IMG/VR virus record: IMGVR_UViG_3300010376_000021
Span: 1 to 38,281 of that record
Strand: one strand, 5' to 3'
DNA from: a virus
Taxonomy: Duplodnaviria > Caudoviricetes
Length of the DNA: 38,281 nt
Position numbers and translations under genes: made by a program. The notes under the pieces are model-generated. The model had not been told where the DNA came from. It made no database searches and saw only the letters and a list, made by a program, of their open reading frames with translations. Shown here piece by piece: positions 35,090 to 38,281 of the stretch. Numbering within the stretch: the first letter of the stretch is position 1; each line of letters opens with the position of its first letter.

Positions 35090-35481
35090 TGCAGCGCCTC
35101 CTCGCCGTCGCCTGCCTCCTCATCGCCATCCCGTTCGTCGTCGCCTGGCTCACCCTGGCGTGCGGCTACGCCATCATCCGCGCCGTCGCCCGCCACGCCC
35201 TCCGCCGCCGCCAGCCGCTACCCCAGCGGCAGCCAGGCTCCTGGTACCCCGGCACCGTCAGCCCCGCCGCAGAGGCCATGCTCCGCGAGATGGCCGAGCA
35301 GCTCGCAGCAACCCAGCTCCGCCCGCCACCGCTGCCAGGCGACCCGCTGTGCGATGTCTGCTGGCCAGGCAGCGCCGGCAAGCCGGAAGGCAAGCCCAAT
35401 TGCATCTGCAAGCGGGTCTGCAACTCGCGCTGCAAGGGCGAGCAGCCGTGGCTGGCTGGCAAGGAGGACCGGCATGGCTGA
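35089..35481 (+). CDS. Membrane protein with Cys-rich C-terminus
   Basis: ATG within TTATG; MQRLLAVACLLIAIPFVVAWL...CDVCWPG...CICKRVCNSRC. Confidence 0.7.
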   Translation: MQRLLAVACLLIAIPFVVAWLTLACGYAIIRAVARHALRRRQPLPQRQPGSWYPGTVSPAAEAMLREMAEQLAATQLRPPPLPGDPLCDVCWPGSAGKPEGKPNCICKRVCNSRCKGEQPWLAGKEDRHG

Positions 35482-36271
35482 GTTCCGCAGGCGCAACTAC
35501 GGCCGCAACCACGCCTACTACCTCGACGGCGTCAAGCTCCCCGGCGTGACGACCATCCTCGGTGACGGGCTGGCCAAGCCCGCGCTCGTCGCATGGGGCA
35601 TCAACACCACCGCCGGGTACGCCGTCGACAACTGGGATGACCTCGCAGGGATGAAGCCGAGCCAGCGGCTCGACGTCCTCAAGAAGTCGCCCTACGCCGA
35701 GCGCGACGCCGCCGCCAAGCGCGGCACCGAGGTCCACAAGCTCGCCGAGCTGCTCGCCCACGGCAAGGAGGTCGTCGTCCCCGACGAGCTCGCCGGGCAC
35801 GTGGAGTCCTACGTGCGGTTCCTCGACGAGTTCGCCCCTGAGCCGGTGCTGCTGGAGGAGGCGTGCGTGTCGGTCAGCAAGTGGCCGTACGCGGGCACGT
35901 TCGACGGCATCCTCGACATCCGTGGTCGCGGGCGCCTGCTGGTCGACATCAAGACCGCCCGCTCCGGGGTGTTCCCCGACAACGCGCTCCAGCTCGCCGC
36001 CTACCGGCATGCCACGCACTTCGCCAGCCCTGACGACGGGTGGGAGCTTCACCCGATGCCGCAGGTGGACGGGTGCGCCGTGATCCACGTCCGGGCTGAT
36101 GGCTACAGCCTCGTGCCCGTCGAGACCGGCGACACCGTGTTCCGCACGTTCCGCTACGCCCAGCAGATGTGGAGCTGGGCGAACGAGCTGTCCAAGACCG
36201 TCGTGGGCGAGGAGATCATGCCGCCCGCCGTCCGCTCCGCCGTGAGCGACGAGGAGGTTCCGTTCTTATGA
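35474..36271 (+). CDS. PD-(D/E)XK (RecE/Cas4-like) exonuclease
   Basis: LPGVTTIL, RGTEVH, YAGTFD, VDIKT, QLAAY; SD AAGGAGG; ends DEEVPF-TTA-TGA. Confidence 0.85.
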   Translation: MAEFRRRNYGRNHAYYLDGVKLPGVTTILGDGLAKPALVAWGINTTAGYAVDNWDDLAGMKPSQRLDVLKKSPYAERDAAAKRGTEVHKLAELLAHGKEVVVPDELAGHVESYVRFLDEFAPEPVLLEEACVSVSKWPYAGTFDGILDIRGRGRLLVDIKTARSGVFPDNALQLAAYRHATHFASPDDGWELHPMPQVDGCAVIHVRADGYSLVPVETGDTVFRTFRYAQQMWSWANELSKTVVGEEIMPPAVRSAVSDEEVPFL

Positions 36272-37464
36272 CCGAGCTAGCCATCCGCGAGCCGGACGCC
36301 GTCGTCGCCGTGCCCGCCTACTCCAACGCCGCCGTCAGCGAGCGGGACATCATCGACGGCTGGATCAAGGTCGTCGCCGACGTCGGCCGCCTCGCTGACT
36401 ACATCGCCGAGACGGACTTCGTCCCCAAGGCGCTGCGCAACAAGCCCGCCGCCATCGCCGCCTGCATCCTGACCGGCCGTGAGCTGTCAATCGGCCCAAT
36501 GCAGTCGCTGAAGGCCATCCACATGGTGCAGGGCGTCCCGACGCTCAGCGCTGAGTACAAGCGGGCCCGCGCCCTGGCCGCCGGGCACGAGATCGTCATC
36601 GACGAGACGACGTCCACCCGCTGCGTGATCCGCGGCCGCCGCAAGGGGTCTGACCGCTGGGTGACGATCAAGTGGGACATGGACATGGCCCGCAAGGCGA
36701 AGCTCGCGGGCAAGGACATCTGGCAGGCGTACCCGCAGCGGATGCTCCAGGCCCGTGCCAGCGGCGAGCTGTGCGACATCCTGTTCCCTGACGCGTCGCT
36801 CGGCCTGGCCACGAAGGAGGTCCTCGAGGACGGCGGCATCGTCACAGAGTCGGGCGTGACCGTCGACGCCGCGACCGGCGAGGTCACCAGCGGGACGACG
36901 CCGGCGATCGATGCGCCGAAGGCCCGCACCGCCCAGCGCGCCCAGCGGGCGCCAAGGACCGCCCCGCCCGCGCCAGCCGCCAGCACGCAGGCCGCCACAC
37001 CGGCAGCCAGCGGGCCACGGCAGGACGCGGGCGGGGCGCTTCCCCCGCTGCCCGGCGAGGAGGAGGGCCCTACGACCTCCGGGGCGTCATCATCTGCGGG
37101 CGCCCCGGGTACCGCGTCACTCCAGGAGACCGGCGAGTCGTCGCCGTCTTCGCCCGCCAGCTCCGCGAGCGAGGCGGTGACCAACCGCCAGCTCACCGCC
37201 ATCTGGACGATCCTCACCAAGGAGTTCGCGTTCGGCGCGGAGGAGAAGGAGCAGGCCCGAGGGGTTTGCGCCGTGATCACCGGCCGCGACATCACCTCGA
37301 CCACCCAGCTCACCAAGGCTGAGGGCATCGCCATCATCGACACCCTCAGCCAGTGGAAGCACCAGGCCGCCAAGGAGGAGGAGGAGCCGCGGGGCTACCT
37401 GATCCAGATGCTCACGGCGCTGGATTCGGCCCGCGAGCAGGGCGGCGAGGTGCACGGTGAGTGA
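36268..37464 (+). CDS. RecT/Redbeta-like single-strand annealing protein
   Basis: FVPKALRNKPA...GRELSIGPMQSL...WQAYPQRMLQARA...FPD; adjacent to the exonuclease. Confidence 0.78.
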   Translation: MTELAIREPDAVVAVPAYSNAAVSERDIIDGWIKVVADVGRLADYIAETDFVPKALRNKPAAIAACILTGRELSIGPMQSLKAIHMVQGVPTLSAEYKRARALAAGHEIVIDETTSTRCVIRGRRKGSDRWVTIKWDMDMARKAKLAGKDIWQAYPQRMLQARASGELCDILFPDASLGLATKEVLEDGGIVTESGVTVDAATGEVTSGTTPAIDAPKARTAQRAQRAPRTAPPAPAASTQAATPAASGPRQDAGGALPPLPGEEEGPTTSGASSSAGAPGTASLQETGESSPSSPASSASEAVTNRQLTAIWTILTKEFAFGAEEKEQARGVCAVITGRDITSTTQLTKAEGIAIIDTLSQWKHQAAKEEEEPRGYLIQMLTALDSAREQGGEVHGE

Positions 37465-38230
37465 CCTCATCCACCTCGCCCACGGCGGACACGACACCCG
37501 CGAGGACGGTACCTGTTTGCTTGAGGCGGTCGCCTGGATGGCAGGGGAGGCACACACTGACCACCCCGCCTGCGTCTCTCCCATCCTCGCCGCCTACGGC
37601 CGGGCGCTCAACGACCTGCTGCCCGACGAGCCACGCCAGCGGCTCTTGCCGTACCGCCGGCCCATGATCGGCACCCGCGGCGACGGCCTCGACGAGGCCC
37701 GCGGCTACCTCGCGCTCGACTGGCTGATCCGCACCTACACCCCGGCATGGCTCGACGTCGCCGGGCTCACTGCGGAGGCGGCGACGCTAAGGGGTTCCCG
37801 GCGCATCGCCGATCTTGCTGCCGCGCAGGCCGTCCGGCCGGCCGTGATCAACGCACAGGACAAGGCAGCCGCAGCCTGGGACGCAGACTGGGACGCAGAC
37901 TGGGCCGCAGCCTGGGACGCAGCCGGGGCCGCAGCCTGGGACGCAGCCTGGGACGCAGCCAGGGCCGCAGCCGGGGCCGCAGCCAGGGCCGCAGACTGGG
38001 CCGCAGCCTGGGCCGCAGCCAGGGCCGCAGACTGGGCCGCAGCCAGGGCCGCAGACTGGGCCGCAGCCAGGGACGCAGCCGGGGCCGCAGCCTGGGACAA
38101 GCTGGCACCCACCGTGACAGCGCTCCAGGACTCGGCTATCAGCCTGCTGGGCGCCATGATCAACCCTGCCGCCATGCCGGGGCAGCCCGGCGGCGGGCAG
38201 GCGGCACCGGAGGTGCGCGATGGCGGCTGA
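37457..38230 (+). CDS. Phage protein with Ala-rich tetrapeptide (AAWD/AARA) repeats
   Basis: [35 protein letters not shown]-domain plus a repeat tract. Confidence 0.8.
   Translation: MSDLIHLAHGGHDTREDGTCLLEAVAWMAGEAHTDHPACVSPILAAYGRALNDLLPDEPRQRLLPYRRPMIGTRGDGLDEARGYLALDWLIRTYTPAWLDVAGLTAEAATLRGSRRIADLAAAQAVRPAVINAQDKAAAAWDADWDADWAAAWDAAGAAAWDAAWDAARAAAGAAARAADWAAAWAAARAADWAAARAADWAAARDAAGAAAWDKLAPTVTALQDSAISLLGAMINPAAMPGQPGGGQAAPEVRDGG
37871..38098 (+). repeat. 19 x 12-nt tandem array GCAG(C/A)C(T/G/A)GGG(A/C)C
   Basis: Counted directly from the sequence. Confidence 0.9.
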
Positions 38231-38281
38231 CCTCTACAAGCGGCCATCCACCCCGCGCGAGCGGATGCAGGACTCCGACGG
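38159..38281 (+). repeat. Terminal overlap, copy 2
   Basis: Identical to 1-123. Confidence 0.95.

Larger units (their letters stand above)
1..38158. mobile_element. Complete temperate actinobacteriophage (siphovirus) genome, circularly permuted
   Basis: Terminase, portal, capsid, tape measure, endolysin, integrase and repressor are all present, and the window ends overlap exactly. Confidence 0.95.

Noticed and set aside
37871-38098. CRISPR array or DGR variable region
   Set aside because: Units are contiguous 12-mers with no spacers, in frame within a gene; no cas or reverse transcriptase gene and no template/variable repeat pair seen

Overview
This is an apparently complete, circularly assembled genome of about 38,158 bp (bases 1-123 repeat at 38159-38281). 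It is a temperate, high-GC siphovirus, most likely of an actinobacterium. Gene order: replication and methylase genes, HNH nuclease, an inverted terminase cassette, portal, ClpP-type protease, major capsid, head-tail and tail genes (with a GGGAAAA -1 frameshift), lysis genes, two GntR regulators, attP with tyrosine integrase, repressor/Cro/Xis switch, and recombination genes. The main unexplained signal is TTA codon placement. A manual scan found only four in-frame TTA codons in the confidently called genes (12814, 19072, 35087, 36266), and all four sit at gene ends. Three of those genes have no standard stop there, and three sites form TTATG overlaps with the next start, like the usual TGATG overlap. 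This suggests UUA acts as a stop or conditional termination codon. Other notable items are a leaderless antisense gene nested in a head-region ORF, a twin-loop RNA element beside a sequestered RBS, and the flipped terminase/cos module. All product calls come from motif recognition, not database searches.
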